DNA of 64,000 nucleotides from an uncultured Nitrososphaeraceae archaeon (GTDB lineage: Archaea > Thermoproteota > Nitrososphaeria > Nitrososphaerales > Nitrososphaeraceae): the NCBI GenBank assembly GCA_963765895.1, contig CAVXZB010000048.1:32001-96000 (forward strand), written 5' to 3'. The translations under genes were made by a program, and so were the position numbers. Positions 1-10,823 of this stretch are shown here, piece by piece. A model generated the notes under the pieces. It did not search any database. It saw nothing but the letters and a program-made list of their open reading frames with translations, and was not told the DNA's origin. How positions within the stretch are numbered: the stretch's first letter is position 1; the number at the start of each line of letters is the position of its first letter.

Positions 1-289
1 AATGTCCGAGAAATTTTTTAATAAGTTAGAATTGAACAGGCATCAATATAAGACATCATTAAAAGAAGAGGGAAAGAACAGATTCGTCAATGTAGAAAAA
101 GGATCAGAAAATCTTCTAATCAATATAAGAATACTTTAAGAGAGTATAATACATACTTAAAAAATAAACATGAAAAAACCCTCAAGGAATACTCATTTTT
201 TTCTGATGTCTTTGAACTAATTTGTCCAATGCTTTTTGTAGAACATTAAGTGGATTTAATCGCTTATGCTAAAAATTACAATACTTTCT

Positions 290-627
290 TTCTTAATGCC
301 TCTGGCTTAACCTATGCCAGCTTGTGATTAAGCTGCATCATTGAGATAATCTGATTAAATCGCTGATTGGTCTCCTCACGAATAGTCTGTAGATTCTGTT
401 CGTATTTCTGCTTCATTGTTTGCATTTCTATATCCTTTTCAGATAATTTTGCTTCAATGCTCTTACCCCCGGCTTCTAGTGCAGTATAATCTAGAAATGA
501 AAAATATTTCATACACTTTGTGAGATAAATCTCTCTTCTCTCAGACTACTTCTTGGTATAATAGACGCTACCATTATGACCCAAGAACCATTCATTATAA
601 TCTCTATTAACCTCGTCAGAAATCACT
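290..627 (-). pseudogene. Tyrosine integrase C-terminal remnant
   Basis: Upstream of ORF 312..512 the frame reads NRDYNEWFLGHNGSVYYTKK*, matching the box II LGH and catalytic Tyr region. It ends NHKLA*VKPEAL, paralleling the C-terminus of the adjacent integrase (NPKLARVKPEAL). Confidence 0.75.
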
Positions 628-1803
628 ATTTGGTATTCTTTTTCATCAATGCTTCCGGCTTAACTCTTGCTAATTTTGGGTTATGTTGTATCATTGTTAA
701 AATCTGACTCATTTGATCGCGCATAGCCTGGATCTCCTCATTATGTTTGCTTTCCATAATTTCAATTTCATTCTTCTTTTTGGTTAGCTCATCAACTTTC
801 TTATGCAAGCGGCACTCTTCATTTATAGTTAGATCGTTAATTGCAGCGACATAGCCCTGTGTTTTATCATTACCCTCAAGCAATTCCATATCTGTAAGTT
901 TGAAGTATGATTTGGTTAGGCCGCTTCTATGTCCCATTAGGTATTCGCTGTACAGTGGATTCATGCCGCTGTTGATACAGGTTGTTTTGAAGAATTTTCG
1001 TAGGCCATGAGTCTGCATTAGTTCGGTACGTTGTGTGTGGTTATTTGGTTGTAATCTTATTCCAGTCTTATATAGCAGTTTATGAACCACGAAAGCTACA
1101 ACATGAGTACTGACGGCTTTCGGTCTGTTGTATTCCGTTGCAGTATCAAATTCTATTCTGAATAGTGGGGAGTTAGGTTTTAGCTGCTCTCCTATCCTTT
1201 TACGCCAGTCTAGGTATTGGTCTATGTGTTTGGCGCACTCTGGAGGTACAGAACGTTGTATAGCTTTCCTGTTCTTTTTTGTATACGTTGATTTTATACA
1301 GGTTGTATTTGTCAATCTTTTGCAAGTCTCTTGTTCGTAGGTATGATAGAGCTCCACGACGTAGACCAGCACTAGACATTAACAGTATCATACACTTGTC
1401 TCTGAGTGGAGGCAGCGTCTACCAGTATCTTTATTTGGTCACGTGTATAGGGTTTATCCTCTACAACACTGTAATGCTTTGCTTTGAATTTCTTTAGTCG
1501 TTTCCAGTGTAGTGTGAAGCCGTTCATTTCGTAGAAGTGAGCGATAGGAGTTATGTAACTGGATACAGTTGTTGGAGCTAATCTTTTATCATGTCTTAGG
1601 TAAATAATGTAATCGCGTATTCTGCTTTCAAGGTCGCTTTCAGAAATTAGCACCATATCCTGATGGTTAGCTAAATTACAAAATTGTATGAAGTAATTAA
1701 ACTTTAGATTGTATTCCTTTTTTGTAAACTTGCTATTTATTGAATTGATAAAGTTGCTGTATGTTTCTGCTTCTGTTTGTTGTTGCTTCTGGTTTGGTAT
1801 CAT
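626..1803 (-). CDS. Tyrosine recombinase/integrase (~391 aa after removing two +1 frameshifts)
   Basis: Three overlapping ORFs supply the N-terminal domain, SAGLRRGAL (catalytic Arg), HGLRKFF (HxxR), LMGH and SYF (Tyr). Frameshifts lie near 1410 and 1243; 1178 nt minus 2 gives 392 codons. Confidence 0.9.
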
Positions 1804-1853
1804 TTCTCCCGTGCTTATACCAACGTAGCTCAAGCTATTAAGTATAGTATAAG

Positions 1854-2153
1854 CTATTCAATTATCCTAATTTGTCTAGCGCCAATCTGATCTACCATAT
1901 AAAAATCATTGGCCAATTGAATAATATCACCAATTGATATTTTATAATGACTTCTCCTTTTTCTCAGTGGTATTCCAAACGGTTTTTCTTCTTGTCTAAA
2001 CTTTATCCATATTCTGCCTACATTAAGTATATTTTTAAACTCGCATTCCCATATTAAATCATAAATCGTATCTAAGGCTTGTCTACTAAGATTGTCATGA
2101 CTTAGGATAATTTCTGGATCAGGCTCTTTACAGAAAAAAACTCTAACTTTCAT
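1854..2153 (-). CDS. Hypothetical protein upstream of the integrase
   Basis: 99-aa ATG ORF co-oriented with the integrase; no motif recognised. Confidence 0.55.
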   Translation of the reverse strand: MKVRVFFCKEPDPEIILSHDNLSRQALDTIYDLIWECEFKNILNVGRIWIKFRQEEKPFGIPLRKRRSHYKISIGDIIQLANDFYMVDQIGARQIRIIE

Positions 2154-2320
2154 ATTCTTACAACATTTAGATATTGTATTTCACATAGAATAATTACCAA
2201 ATTGATACGCATTTCAATCAGTCCAAATGAAAATTCCTGCTGATTAATCCGTATCTTCGATATTGAATCAAGCGAATCATAAGCAATGTCATCATATTAG
2301 TATATTATGTAAAATCATCC

Positions 2321-2569
2321 TTGAAAAAGATTCAGAAAAAGCTGGAAATATTCCGTAAGATAGAGCCTTATCTAGCATTTCTTAATGTCCATCAACTACA
2401 AAGACAGGGCGCAGACATACAAACCAAGATAGAAGAATTGAAAGAATTGGATCAATCACTAAGACAGCGTGAAAAGGTAAAGGATGATGCTATAGTACAA
2501 TTATCAGATCAACTTGTGTCTTTATCGGCTAGTTGCAGAAAATTATATTGGATCATCACTTTGCAGTAG
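2321..2569 (+). pseudogene. Integrase C-terminal coiled-coil remnant
   Basis: KKLEIFRKIEPYLAFL...KDDAIVQLSDQL resembles the post-catalytic tail (compare KCMKYFSFLDY at ~500). A homologous copy lies at 47920-48030. Confidence 0.6.
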
Positions 2570-2759
2570 CTTAAACTATTAGCTAATCATCTACAATCAA
2601 TGGCTTTGATTTGATTGAAGATTCATAAAATATTATCCATCTAAAGGTAAGGCCCAGTTCTATCGTTATTCTATGTTCATTAAATCTCTGTTTTAGCTAA
2701 ACTCAGACTATGGCTAGATGAGATGACAATAAGGAAAAAGAAACGTATGTTTATTAATT

Positions 2760-3788
2760 ATGTATAATAATGTTTCCATGTTGGTTGTAAATAATAAAGG
2801 GCTTTCACAGAAATCATTGGTTTTGAACTGTTTGCTCATATTAGCAATATCGGGGATGACATTATTCAGTGGAATCAGCATTAATTTGAATAATAATCAA
2901 GCACAAGCACAAGAGGATCAGCAACAACAAGTAGGGCATACAAAGGCCAACAGACTGTGGGAAACACCTACCAACTTAAAGAACCCAGAATCAGTAGCTT
3001 ATGCATCTAAACAAAATGTCTTGTTCGTTTCAAATGTAAATGGAAAACCAGATCAAAAAGATCAAAATGGATTCATTTCTAAAGTATCACCTTCTAATGG
3101 AAGCATAATTGAATTAAATTGGGTAAAAGGGCTAAATGCACCAAAGGGTATAGCTATTTCTAATGATGGCAGTAAATTATATGTTTCAGATATCACTGAC
3201 CTAGTAGAGATAGATATTGCTAGTGGAAAAATAATCAAGCGCTTCAATGGACCAGGAAGCTCTTTCCTTAATGATGTTGTAGCATATAATCTAGGAAATA
3301 TCTATGTATCTGATACAGGTACAAATACTATCTACAAGCTAGATACTAATCTTGGCAACAGTACATTATCTTCCTTACAAGTTTGGCTGCAAAACCCACA
3401 ATTAAATGGTCCTAATGGTTTGCATATAGACAATAACAAAAATAAATTAATCGTTGTTTCTTTAGGACCTTTAAGTAAACCTGGAGGAGGCATGGAGGTT
3501 ATCGATATAAAAAATAAGAAAATAAGCAGTTTAGGAAAAGCAGGAACCACGTCTCCTTTTGGCGGTCTTGACGGAATAGTATCAGATGTTACCGAAACAC
3601 ATTATTATGTTACTGACAATCCTGCAGGAAAGGTATATACCGTTAATGCTGATGGGACAGGGTATGTTACTTTGATAGATTTGCATACACAAGGGGCTGC
3701 TGACCTAGGATTTAGACCAGACCAAAGTACAATTATAATACCTCTTATGCAAGACAACAAACTTGTAGCTTACAAGTTAGTACAATAA
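2760..3788 (+). CDS. Secreted SMP-30/gluconolactonase-like beta-propeller protein
   Basis: N-terminal hydrophobic segment; propeller blade motifs NPESV, NAPKGIAI, FLNDV, GPNGL, GLDGI. Confidence 0.85.
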   Translation: MYNNVSMLVVNNKGLSQKSLVLNCLLILAISGMTLFSGISINLNNNQAQAQEDQQQQVGHTKANRLWETPTNLKNPESVAYASKQNVLFVSNVNGKPDQKDQNGFISKVSPSNGSIIELNWVKGLNAPKGIAISNDGSKLYVSDITDLVEIDIASGKIIKRFNGPGSSFLNDVVAYNLGNIYVSDTGTNTIYKLDTNLGNSTLSSLQVWLQNPQLNGPNGLHIDNNKNKLIVVSLGPLSKPGGGMEVIDIKNKKISSLGKAGTTSPFGGLDGIVSDVTETHYYVTDNPAGKVYTVNADGTGYVTLIDLHTQGAADLGFRPDQSTIIIPLMQDNKLVAYKLVQ

Positions 3789-3849
3789 ATATTTGAGTAG
3801 TCGAAATGTACCTGTACATCAGATGACAATATTCTTACCATTCAAATTA

Positions 3850-4523
3850 TTTATTGTAATCCTTTCCAAACATTTTCTGAAAAGCTGCCATACGTTCCTT
3901 CATACCTAAATTTGAGGCGATTGTTATTTACTAATAGTCTTTTTGTTGATGCTTGATCCATTCTAGTCGCTTCAATACCCTCAGGTAATTCTATTACTGC
4001 TCTATGGATCTTTCTTGTTACTGGATTTCTTATGGGTTCAAGTCATGCATCTACAATTTTATTACTTTTATTACTTTTATTGCCAATGGTCATGTGACTC
4101 CCTGATACCCTTCATTTCAAATCTAATATCTGCTCTTTTCACCTCGTCATGTTCTTCTATAATACTAGCATAAAGTGCAAAAGGACCACCATTACCTGCT
4201 TTTCCAATTATAATTCTTGATAGTACATCAAATTGTGCATCGTCAGCACGGTAATCTACATAGTATGATGCTCTTCCATGCCCTTCATGTATTGGTCCAG
4301 GCCAAGAACCAATAAATGCCATATTAAGTCCATCTAGTCTAATAGAATTGTTATGGTGACGATAACTACCATCTATTATATGAATTCCACTTAGCCCATC
4401 ACAGTTTCCGTAGGTCGGTTTTGCATTAAATTGACATGGACATCCCCAGCCGCAATTACAAGCATCCAAGTAGTATACATGCATCTTCCATTCTGATTTT
4501 GTGTTTATTTGTGGTCGTTTCAT
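3850..4523 (-). pseudogene. DUF1326-like protein, disrupted
   Basis: DACNCGWGCPC...PTYGNCDG and PGPIHEG motifs. The C-terminal part continues out of frame below 4077. Confidence 0.75.
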
Positions 4524-4735
4524 AATATTTTATCTTTGGCGTATCGTTATTGTACATATCTATCCTTTGCCTTGTTGTCTTAAATGGATGGATTAGATTT
4601 AATGACAGATTGTGTCCCCAGTCGGTCTAAAGATGTCATCGGTTTACACGATATGCCCTATAGGTACAACACATCATTTGGCGCTTGCCACTCGTGATCG
4701 AAATACAAAATAAATTATTTATCATCATAGAGATG

Positions 4736-4925
4736 CAAGTCTATATTGGACGCAGCATTCCCATAATATTTATAATCTCTCCCGCTGCATAGAAGACGCT
4801 ATTTCAAATATGATTATACTGGGATCTACAAGATTCCAATATTGTCGTTATTGAAACTTTGAGAATTAACAGAATTAAATAGAAGGACTCATCCACTAAC
4901 TGCTACTATCTATAGATATCAATTT
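4736..4925 (+). repeat. Dispersed modular non-coding element (modules C-E)
   Basis: ATTTATAATCT..GCTGCATAGAAGACGCTATTTC..., ending TACTATCTATAGATATC at 4904-4920. Confidence 0.85.
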
Positions 4926-4979
4926 AAGAGTAACATTAATGCGCTTTTATATTGCACTGTACCAACTAACGTAGGCCAA

Positions 4980-5174
4980 TTAGCCAAAAGTCTTTATTTT
5001 TAGTGCCCAAAAAACAGATTCTAGTAGATCAAGGCAATGTTGACATCTTTTCTTATCGGCATGTTTCTGGACTAGATCTAGAAGTTTAAGCAAGTCATTC
5101 ATCACCTCATTTCTGGTCATTAACTTTAATGGTGGTATGATTTTCTCGTTTTCTATATCAGTCACTATATTCAC
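4980..5174 (-). CDS. Small hypothetical protein with CxxC
   Basis: 64-aa ORF containing RCQHCLDLL. Confidence 0.4.
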   Translation of the reverse strand: MNIVTDIENEKIIPPLKLMTRNEVMNDLLKLLDLVQKHADKKRCQHCLDLLESVFWALKIKTFG

Positions 5175-5524
5175 TCTTGAAAGGGACCAATAGATGGTAT
5201 GCTCGCATATGATCCTTGCTTAGCCTCTGCATTTAAGCCAGAGGCCGCAAGGTTTTGCGCCTACTCGTAAATGAAACGTAAAGCTCTTTTAACGAGTTCT
5301 CCACATTGATAAAGTCATATGAAATGTTCTTTTGTTCTACTAAATTATTTTATAAGAACAAAAAATTTTATCCATAGCTAAGTATAGTCCTATCTGTGTA
5401 AAAGAACACATTATTGAGTGCGTGTTCATTGCTAATCTGGTAAATAGAGTTAATAATTGTCATAGTTATGACTATTACTCAAATTTATGCGCATCAAAAA
5501 AGTGGAATATTTTTTTTTTATTTC

Positions 5525-5812
5525 TTATATTTTTGAAATCGCTTTCTTCAAATCGTCCAAATTCATTGCAGGATGTATTTCCACGTTGGCATCGAATCCC
5601 TGAAATAAAGGTTCTACAATAGTCGGGATCATATCTGGACTTGGCAAATCCAAGACAAAAACCATAGTTCTGTTTCCATTTACTTCAGTAAAGTATGCAG
5701 CCTCACAGTTGAACTTCTTGATATAGTCTTCGATAGTCTTCAAGAAATTAGGATCTTTGATCGCCTTGTTGCCGGCAGTTGTTGGAATCATTGCTCTAAC
5801 TAATACTCTCAT
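5525..5812 (-). CDS. Conserved small ferredoxin-like-fold protein (GYD/DUF3303-like)
   Basis: 95 aa with EAAYFTEVNGNRT and VEIHPAMNLDDL motifs. Confidence 0.7.
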   Translation of the reverse strand: MRVLVRAMIPTTAGNKAIKDPNFLKTIEDYIKKFNCEAAYFTEVNGNRTMVFVLDLPSPDMIPTIVEPLFQGFDANVEIHPAMNLDDLKKAISKI

Positions 5813-6007
5813 ATCAATTCGTCATCGTAAGCCGGTCGTGCCATGATAATTAATCTTTCTATATGAATCCAGAATGATTATGGAATGAGCATAATTCCTA
5901 GACATTATCTTTTAGGTGCGTCTTCTCAACATTAGTCAAGTTTCCTATCAGTATAAGCAGAAGTTGAGCAGGTTTTTACCAGGTAATAAAAAGATAGAAA
6001 ATATTGA

Positions 6008-6145
6008 GACGTCAGTCTATACATAGGAAGCGGCATTTTCAATAGTATTTATAATCTCCCGTGCTGCATATTGTTAATAGAATCGGCTATTTCAGAAATA
6101 ATTATATGTATTTGAATCCGAGATTGTTACTGTCTCGATAATCAC
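6008..6145 (+). repeat. Dispersed modular element (B partial + C)
   Basis: GACGTCAGTCTATACA...ATTTATAATCTCCCGTGCTGCATATTGTTAATAGAATCGGCTATTTCAGAAATAATTAT. Confidence 0.8.
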
Positions 6146-6260
6146 TTTGTACTCATGTCCCACCTAAAACTGATTATGTATACTGTATTTAAGGTCTGAA
6201 TTGACCCTAGAATAATCAGATAGAACAAAAATTCTTCTATCTGACTGCTATACTGTTACT

Positions 6261-6480
6261 TCATTTTCCTGTTGCATTGAGGGCTAATTGGGCAATCTCT
6301 TGTGGATGTGATTCAAGTGACGCATGGCTAGCCGGAAGTGAGATAGTAGTAGCATTCATCTGTTTTGTGAACATGTGTTCGACAGCAGGAGGGATCATGG
6401 GGTCACTCTCAGAGACCTGGTACCAAGTAGGAACTTGCTTCCAAGCCGGAGGGACAGATTTTTCAGCAAAATTGAAGAAA
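6261..6480 (-). pseudogene. Alpha/beta-hydrolase C-terminal fragment
   Basis: The minus strand reads PPAWKQVPTWYQVSESDPMIPPAVEHMFTKQMNATTISLPASHASLESHPQEIAQL; there is no N-terminus. Confidence 0.8.
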
Positions 6481-6574
6481 TTCCCTTTTTATCTTAATAT
6501 AGATGTTAAAAGGTAGACTATGAATGGAATCGTTATCGACAATCGCTTTATCTAAAGAAGTGCTTTGTTGCGTG

Positions 6575-6667
6575 ATTCTGAACCTACATTGCGATCATGT
6601 AAATGGCGCCACTTGTTTGGGCTATCAGTTTGCCTTGTTCCTCACAGTTAACGGGTTGTCTAGACAT
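6575..6667 (-). pseudogene. 5' remnant of a SWIM zinc-finger gene (paralogue of 26876..27124)
   Basis: MSRQPVNCEEQGKLIAQTSGAI versus MPRRLVNREEQGRLIAQTSGAI; shared DNA GCGCCACTTGTTTGGGCTATCA. Confidence 0.85.
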
Positions 6668-6680
6668 CTATGTATTCAGC

Positions 6681-6830
6681 TGCGCGCCTCATGATTGACA
6701 TGCATCTAATTTTTATGAACATACCAAGTCTGTACATTTGATCTCTCAATTCAGAAAACCTCTTTAATGTGATATATTTCATAACGTAAATTAGACGACA
6801 TTGTTTCCGACATTATTGATAGCACCAGTT
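6681..6830 (+). repeat. Dispersed modular element (A+B+C variant)
   Basis: GCGCGCCTCATGATTGACATGCA...TACATTTGATCTCTCAATTCAGAAAA...TTTCATAACGTAAAT; close match to 26660-26800. Confidence 0.85.
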
Positions 6831-6831
6831 A

Positions 6832-6948
6832 AATAAGAAATTTTTGAATTGTTTTCACAGACAAGTAATGCGGAAAACCTTTGTTAAGCTCGACTATTAG
6901 ACTACAAATTGTAAGCAGGTTACCACTTGGTGACTAATAACCGTAATA
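6832..6948 (+). repeat. ~115-bp direct repeat, second copy at 20806-20921
   Basis: AATAAGAAATTT.TGAAT...AAGTAATGC.GAAAA...TTACCA..TGGTGACTA...CCGT.AT is present in both copies. Confidence 0.75.
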
Positions 6949-7175
6949 TGCCGCACCGATTCTGTCTTACCATGTCTTGGTATGTTTATGTATAGTATTA
7001 AATGAACCAGCCATAAACACTCTAAATATAGTATACACATAGTTTAATTTTTAAAAGAGAACAATTATCGAAGCATTCCAGAGAATTTCTAACCTATAGT
7101 AATAGTCTTTTAGGCATTTTGGAAGGCAATGCAAGCATAGAAAAACTTATTAAAATACCTTTACATATCCCTCTG

Positions 7176-7595
7176 ATGTCATCAGTAGAGTCTTTAAGAG
7201 GAGTTGTCCGACGATTGGAAGACACGTTTAACGATCCACAGCGTAGAGAATTATCTTATTTTGATTTTTATGATGATTCCTTGACTTTTCATGATTTTCC
7301 TCCAAATCAACCAGCCAACAAGGAAGGTTTTAAACAGTTTATTTATCTCCTATGGAAAGCATTCCCTGATATAATAATCACTTTTGATGATATCGTAATC
7401 GAAGGAAATAAGGTGGCATGCAGATACAACTTATCTGGAACCCACAAAGATCAATTTGAGGATCTTCGGCCAACCGATAAACAATTCAGGGTCAATGGTA
7501 TGACCGTATTTTCTTTCCGTAATGCAAAAGTCATAGAACGTTGGAATGTGGTAGATATGAAGTCATTGATGGAACAGTTGAGGACCCAATCCTGA
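7176..7595 (+). CDS. SnoaL-like ester cyclase (NTF2 fold)
   Basis: AFPDI...EGNKVACRYNLSGTH...PTDK...KVIERW. Confidence 0.85.
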   Translation: MSSVESLRGVVRRLEDTFNDPQRRELSYFDFYDDSLTFHDFPPNQPANKEGFKQFIYLLWKAFPDIIITFDDIVIEGNKVACRYNLSGTHKDQFEDLRPTDKQFRVNGMTVFSFRNAKVIERWNVVDMKSLMEQLRTQS

Positions 7596-7687
7596 GCCAT
7601 GTTTGTCATTCGCATAGATCAACACCGGCGGTAAGTTGGACAAACCTAATGTTCTAAACAGATACTGTCCTTAACATATTGAATGAG

Positions 7688-7945
7688 GGTGCCTCATGAT
7701 AGATATGCACCTAATTTTTGTCATCACAACAAGGCGTCAGTCTATGCATTTTATGTCTCGATTCAGAAAAGGTTTATAATCTGGCGCGCCGCACATCTGT
7801 AATAGAAGACGCTATTTTCGAGATAAATAAATTAGATCTGCTGCAAAATCTGAAATACTCAGACGTATTAAAATTACTGGACATTAACATAATTAATTAG
7901 TCAGTTTACATGGATTAATTGTTACTACTATCTATAGATATCAGA
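7688..7945 (+). repeat. Most complete copy of the dispersed modular element (A-B-C-D-E)
   Basis: In order: GTGCCTCATGATAGATATGCAC; GTCAGTCTATGCATTT..ATTCAGAAAA; TTTATAATCTGGCGCGCCGCACATCTGTAATAGAAGACGCTATTTT; TACTATCTATAGATATC. Confidence 0.9.
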
Positions 7946-8250
7946 TTCTCGCAAATCAGAGCTAAAATTTAACTGGTCAGTCGGCTCTTAGGTTCTATTG
8001 TAGAGGGGCAAAGCCATTAGCAGGTTGGTTAGTATCATGGGGGATCTGGTACCAGGTGCAGTTTCTGGGGCTGATATGTAACCCAGGCGCTATAGTTTTG
8101 GCACAGCTGTCACTATTACATCCACAATTTTATCATTTCGAAGATACAGCGCAAGCGCAAGACAAGATCAATATTAAGAAGCTTGTTGTAATAATAGTGG
8201 TGATCATAATAATGAGCGAATTTGCATTCTTCCGATTTAGAAGTCATAAT

Positions 8251-8529
8251 ATGCTAACTATAGAAGAAGAACAGCATAAGGATGAGATCGTTGAACTAAC
8301 AGAAGAAGTTCTAGATACAAAAGGTATGGAATGTGATTCCAAAATATCAAAGATCTCTGAGGAACAATTAAGAGAAATTCTTGAAGAAGTAAGGAAATTA
8401 CGAAGGAAAAGAAAAAGACTACTCTCAACAGCAGGTGATAGTACAGAAAAAGAAGAAGAAGTAGAACATCCGAATGAGAAGAAAGCCCATATATCAGATA
8501 GTGGCTATATATCCTATAGAGGCGCTTGA
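8251..8529 (+). CDS. Small charged hypothetical protein
   Basis: ATG at 8251; MLTIEEEQHKDEIVELTEEVLD...; followed 9 bp later by the next ORF. Confidence 0.6.
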   Translation: MLTIEEEQHKDEIVELTEEVLDTKGMECDSKISKISEEQLREILEEVRKLRRKRKRLLSTAGDSTEKEEEVEHPNEKKAHISDSGYISYRGA

Positions 8530-8538
8530 ATTCCATAG

Positions 8539-8907
8539 ATGGTAGAAAGCCTTACAACCCGCTGGCTTTTAGCTCTTGGCTTAGCTACGTTATGTTTTGG
8601 AATATTTCTATTTGTGTTGCGAATTCCAGTACGAACAATAGGCATATTTTTTGCGTTAGGAATACCTTTGATTTTATTATGGCTATATGTTGGTGATAAA
8701 TCAAGACAACAGCAGCCAAATGATGGGAAGACAATTAGTGATCTTGGTAGTAGTAATAATCCTGACCAACACCAACTACAACAGCAATGTATATGTCCTA
8801 TCTGCAAACATGAACAAGCAGGAGTATGTCTGAATCAAAAATGTGCATGTTGTACTATAATGAAAGGAAATAAGGTAGTCGGACATAGCATTAATCCATT
8901 GCAATAG
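8539..8907 (+). CDS. Two-TM membrane protein with Cys-rich C-terminus
   Basis: Two hydrophobic helices, then CICPICKH...CLNQKCACC. Confidence 0.7.
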   Translation: MVESLTTRWLLALGLATLCFGIFLFVLRIPVRTIGIFFALGIPLILLWLYVGDKSRQQQPNDGKTISDLGSSNNPDQHQLQQQCICPICKHEQAGVCLNQKCACCTIMKGNKVVGHSINPLQ

Positions 8908-9356
8908 ATAGCACTGTAGATAGTGATGTTGTATTACACGATTGTCACAAATATACTATACTATTAATGAAGGGGCGCGCCTTTCCCTAACTAGCCTTTG
9001 ATTATGACATTGCTGCTATCACAACATAAGCTTATTGAATGGTTAAGTGATAAAATATCGAGGAGTGTTAGCTTAACCAAATGGGCAGCTCCTGAATAGA
9101 CTCGAGCAGTCATCATCAAATAGTGGATCTCAAACATCATATATTATTATTTTATTTAAAATCATCCGAATAACCCTTACATCTATAATTATTCATAGTT
9201 TAGGTTGGCCTACATTCATCAAAAGTAAGTAAAAAATGGTAGCCTATCTGTATTAATAGTAAGATAAAGAAAAGGCTGTAGTTTGAAATACTATTCAATT
9301 GACTATTATTTAGATTTTGAATTTTGATTTTAGCCAGATAATATTTATATAAAATA

Positions 9357-9704
9357 TTGAGAATGGCTTTCCTAATGAGAAAGAACACTGTATTGTGTGT
9401 AAGTCTCCTGCTTTCAGTAGCACTCGGATTCTCTATACTAGCCAATGCTGGTTTCAGTGGCGCGCCGTCAGTATTTGCACAGACAATAACACCGAAAATG
9501 CACTTGGAGGAAGGGCTTAAGGCATTAAAAAGTGGCGATAATCAAGGAGCAATGATGCACTTGAATGCAGCAGATCAGGGTCTTACTAGTGCTTCCGATC
9601 AATCTGCAAAGATGCACTTGGATCAAGGAATTCAAGCGTTAAAGAATGGAGACAATCAAGGAGCAATGATGCACTTGAATGCAGCAGATCAGGCTCTTAA
9701 ATAG
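9357..9704 (+). CDS. Secreted helical tandem-repeat protein
   Basis: Signal-like N-terminus (VFAQ) and two copies of KMHL..G..ALK.GDNQGAMMHLNAADQ. Confidence 0.8.
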   Translation: MRMAFLMRKNTVLCVSLLLSVALGFSILANAGFSGAPSVFAQTITPKMHLEEGLKALKSGDNQGAMMHLNAADQGLTSASDQSAKMHLDQGIQALKNGDNQGAMMHLNAADQALK

Positions 9705-9816
9705 TATAAATTAGTCCAAGAAATAGAGCTTATTTCAGGATAAATTTTTTTCATTTTGGACGTACGCCGACAACTGACATACAAATGAAGTTTAACCTCA
9801 TTAGTGTCTATGTATG

Positions 9817-9960
9817 AGGTCTATACAGAGAACGGCTTATCTTAGATAATGCTTATAATCTCGTATGCTGCAATCTGTATTAGAAGACACTTTTCCGATA
9901 TAATTATGCAGGATCTGATATGTTATCCGATTTAGTCTGATTCGGATTACTAATATGAGA
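9817..9960 (+). repeat. Dispersed modular element (B partial + C + D)
   Basis: GTCTATACA...TTATAATCTCGTATGCTGCAATCTGTATTAGAAGACACTTTTCCGATATAATTAT; abuts the stop codon of the PriX-like remnant. Confidence 0.85.
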
Positions 9961-9973
9961 GTCGGTTATCTAC

Positions 9974-10200
9974 CTACGGTTTAGCCAACACATTGTACAA
10001 ATATCTATTTTCTATCTTTAATTTCCCAAACCTTATAGGTAGATAACCATTCATCTTTGCTGTACTAACATTATATTTGATCATATAATTGGGATTAAAG
10101 TCTAGTCTCATCAGAGAACTACATCTGTCAAGCCAATTCGGTATTGCACCAAAAGCCTCATCAGGAAAAGATTTTCTAATATTAATATGATATGAAACGA
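9974..10200 (-). pseudogene. PriX-like primase-domain protein, C-terminal remnant
   Basis: HINIRKSFPDEAFGAIPNWLDRCSSLMRLDFNPNYMIKYN...GYLPI resembles the PriX helical domain. Confidence 0.7.
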
Positions 10201-10581
10201 AAATATGCACATTGCAAATTTTTCCCATGATTCCAATATGGTGTTGCACGTACACCATTAACATCGAGCGATGTATCTGGAAATGCACCTGCCGTTTAGT
10301 CTAGACTATGTCCGGCTTATTCTCGGACGAATTCAATAAGGTAATCTAGGGAAGATGCATTCTGAGTATATCTTACGTACGCACGCATGTGCATTGCAGC
10401 ATACTGAATTTTTATAAAACGCAATAAATACAGTCAGAAGTACCAAGTAACTGATAAGCTAGAATGATTATTTTATTTATTAATACAAAATAAACAGTGA
10501 ATATGATTAGAACACATTATAAAATTGTGTGCATTCACTATAGCTAGGAATCCCCAGCGATTTCTCTTCGGTATTGACATT

Positions 10582-10628
10582 ATAGGGCGATCCGGGTGGA
10601 CAACTGGCCCGGTCGCTCTATCTTTTCT
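10582..10628 (+). terminator. GC-rich hairpin followed by a short T-tract
   Basis: ATAGGGCGATCCGGG pairs with CCCGGTCGCTCTAT (one G-U, one bulge), followed by CTTTTCT. Confidence 0.45.
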
Positions 10629-10823
10629 AGTTATAGATGTTATTACACTATAGAAAAAATCGAGGTGATATCGATAATAGGAATTTTGAATACCAATTGA
10701 GAACTCAGACTATAGTGCCCAGATATTACACTGGAAGATTCATGCTCCAATAATTGGAGGTATGATATCAATTGGGTAACAGCGAGATCAAATTAATAAT
10801 TAGAAGATCTAGTATCATCAACA

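Noticed and set aside
6277-6516. 79-aa plus-strand ORF
   Set aside because: Shadow of the minus-strand alpha/beta-hydrolase fragment.
7718-7900. 60-aa ORF over the repeat
   Set aside because: The frame is not preserved in other copies, which carry stops and indels, so the repeat is treated as non-coding.
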